Of a stretch of DNA of 33,693 nucleotides, positions 33,166 through 33,693 are shown piece after piece. The stretch is from positions 1 through 33,693 of the forward strand of contig DATDTL010000019.1 in assembly GCA_035290885.1 (NCBI GenBank), in the 5' to 3' direction. The notes beneath the pieces are model-generated. The model was not told the DNA's origin. It worked only from the letters and a program-made list of their open reading frames with translations, and made no database searches. Numbering within the stretch: the first letter of the stretch is position 1; each line of letters begins with the position of its first letter. The position numbers and the translations under genes were made by a program. Origin of the DNA: an archaeon (lineage in GTDB: Archaea; Aenigmatarchaeota; Aenigmatarchaeia; GW2011-AR5).

Positions 33166-33693
33166 TCACCCTCGGAATATTTCTCGCGAAGAGCCTGCTG
33201 CTGTATGGCGTATATCTCCTTGCAGCCCTTCACGGCAAGGTCTACTATCTTCCTGAATTCGTCTTTGCTTGTAAGCCCGTCCATCTGGAGCAGGGTTATC
33301 TGGTTCTTCTTGGGATAGTAAGCCACCGGCAGGTCCAATTCGCCTGCTGTGTCCTCTTCGCCTGCTATATCCAGCACCGTGTGGCCCTGTATCTTGCCGG
33401 CGGAGCAGGATGCCACAAGATCCCTCATGGGTATTCCCGCGTCAGCCAGTGCCAACGAGGCCGCATTTATTCCCGCGCATCTTGTGGAGGCGTCGGCTTC
33501 CAGAACTTCTATGAAGACGTCTATCGCGGTCTTTGGGAATTCGTCCAGAAACAGCACGGACGAAAGCGCCTGCCTTGTTACCATGGATATCTCGACGCTT
33601 CTCCTGCTGGGCCCCGGCCTGCTTCGCTCCTTCGTCGCGAAGGCCGCCATGTTGTATCTTGTGCGCAGCACGGCGCGCTCGGCCTCTTCTTCG
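33162..33693 (-). CDS. rrp41: Exosome complex exonuclease Rrp41 (RNase PH domain), 5'-partial at window edge
   Basis: The frame stays open to the window end. ..AVLRTRYNMAAFATKERSRPGPSRRSVEIS..FPKTAIDVFIEVLEADASTRCAGINAASLALADAGIPMRDLV.. matches the Rrp41 catalytic-subunit pattern. Confidence 0.9.
   Translation of the reverse strand, partial: EEEAERAVLRTRYNMAAFATKERSRPGPSRRSVEISMVTRQALSSVLFLDEFPKTAIDVFIEVLEADASTRCAGINAASLALADAGIPMRDLVASCSAGKIQGHTVLDIAGEEDTAGELDLPVAYYPKKNQITLLQMDGLTSKDEFRKIVDLAVKGCKEIYAIQQQALREKYSEGE

Noticed and set aside
1-33693. Looked for CRISPR arrays, rRNA/tRNA genes, transposases, integrases and reverse transcriptases across the window.
   Set aside because: There are no regularly spaced direct repeats, no T-arm/anticodon-arm tRNA architecture, and no rRNA-like stretches. 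No ORF carries DDE, tyrosine/serine recombinase or RT (YxDD) motifs.

Overview
This is an archaeal chromosomal segment. The housekeeping backbone has Orc1/Cdc6, a DEAD-box helicase, a complete A1A0 ATP synthase operon in the order H-I-K-E-C-F-A-B-D on the minus strand, and an IMPase-family phosphatase. It also carries a Sec11-type signal peptidase, two TFS (TFIIS-like) paralogs, RpoL, a MacB/FtsX-type ABC transporter, proteasome alpha, an FNR-like reductase, an M48 protease, and exosome Rrp42/Rrp41 at the right edge. Many genes look leaderless, with an A/T-rich TATA-like box about 25-27 nt upstream of the start codon. I found no rRNA, tRNA, CRISPR array or transposase. Visibly AT-richer accessory patches interrupt the backbone. 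(i) 3.9-7.2 kb holds a VOC protein, an orphan Doc toxin, TFS, a duplicated PIN/micro-ORF module and a transglutaminase-like protease. (ii) 18.1-21.4 kb holds two convergent AbrB-fold regulators, a second TFS, and a Type II R-M pair with an AbrB-like small gene. (iii) 29.1-32.3 kb holds a 988-aa fused nuclease-methyltransferase (Type IIG-like) plus a zinc-ribbon micro-protein. The best candidates for something undescribed are four. First, the tandem PIN nuclease / convergent overlapping helical micro-ORF module at 5.0-6.2 kb, where one PIN copy has decayed but its micro-ORF is retained. Second, the AbrB-regulator/TFS2/R-M cluster. Third, a 74-aa AT-rich C-terminal extension fused to ATP synthase subunit F. 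Fourth, a hairpin-rich ~350-nt non-coding block at the left edge with RNase P-like motifs. All functional calls rest on motif recognition by eye; no searches were run.
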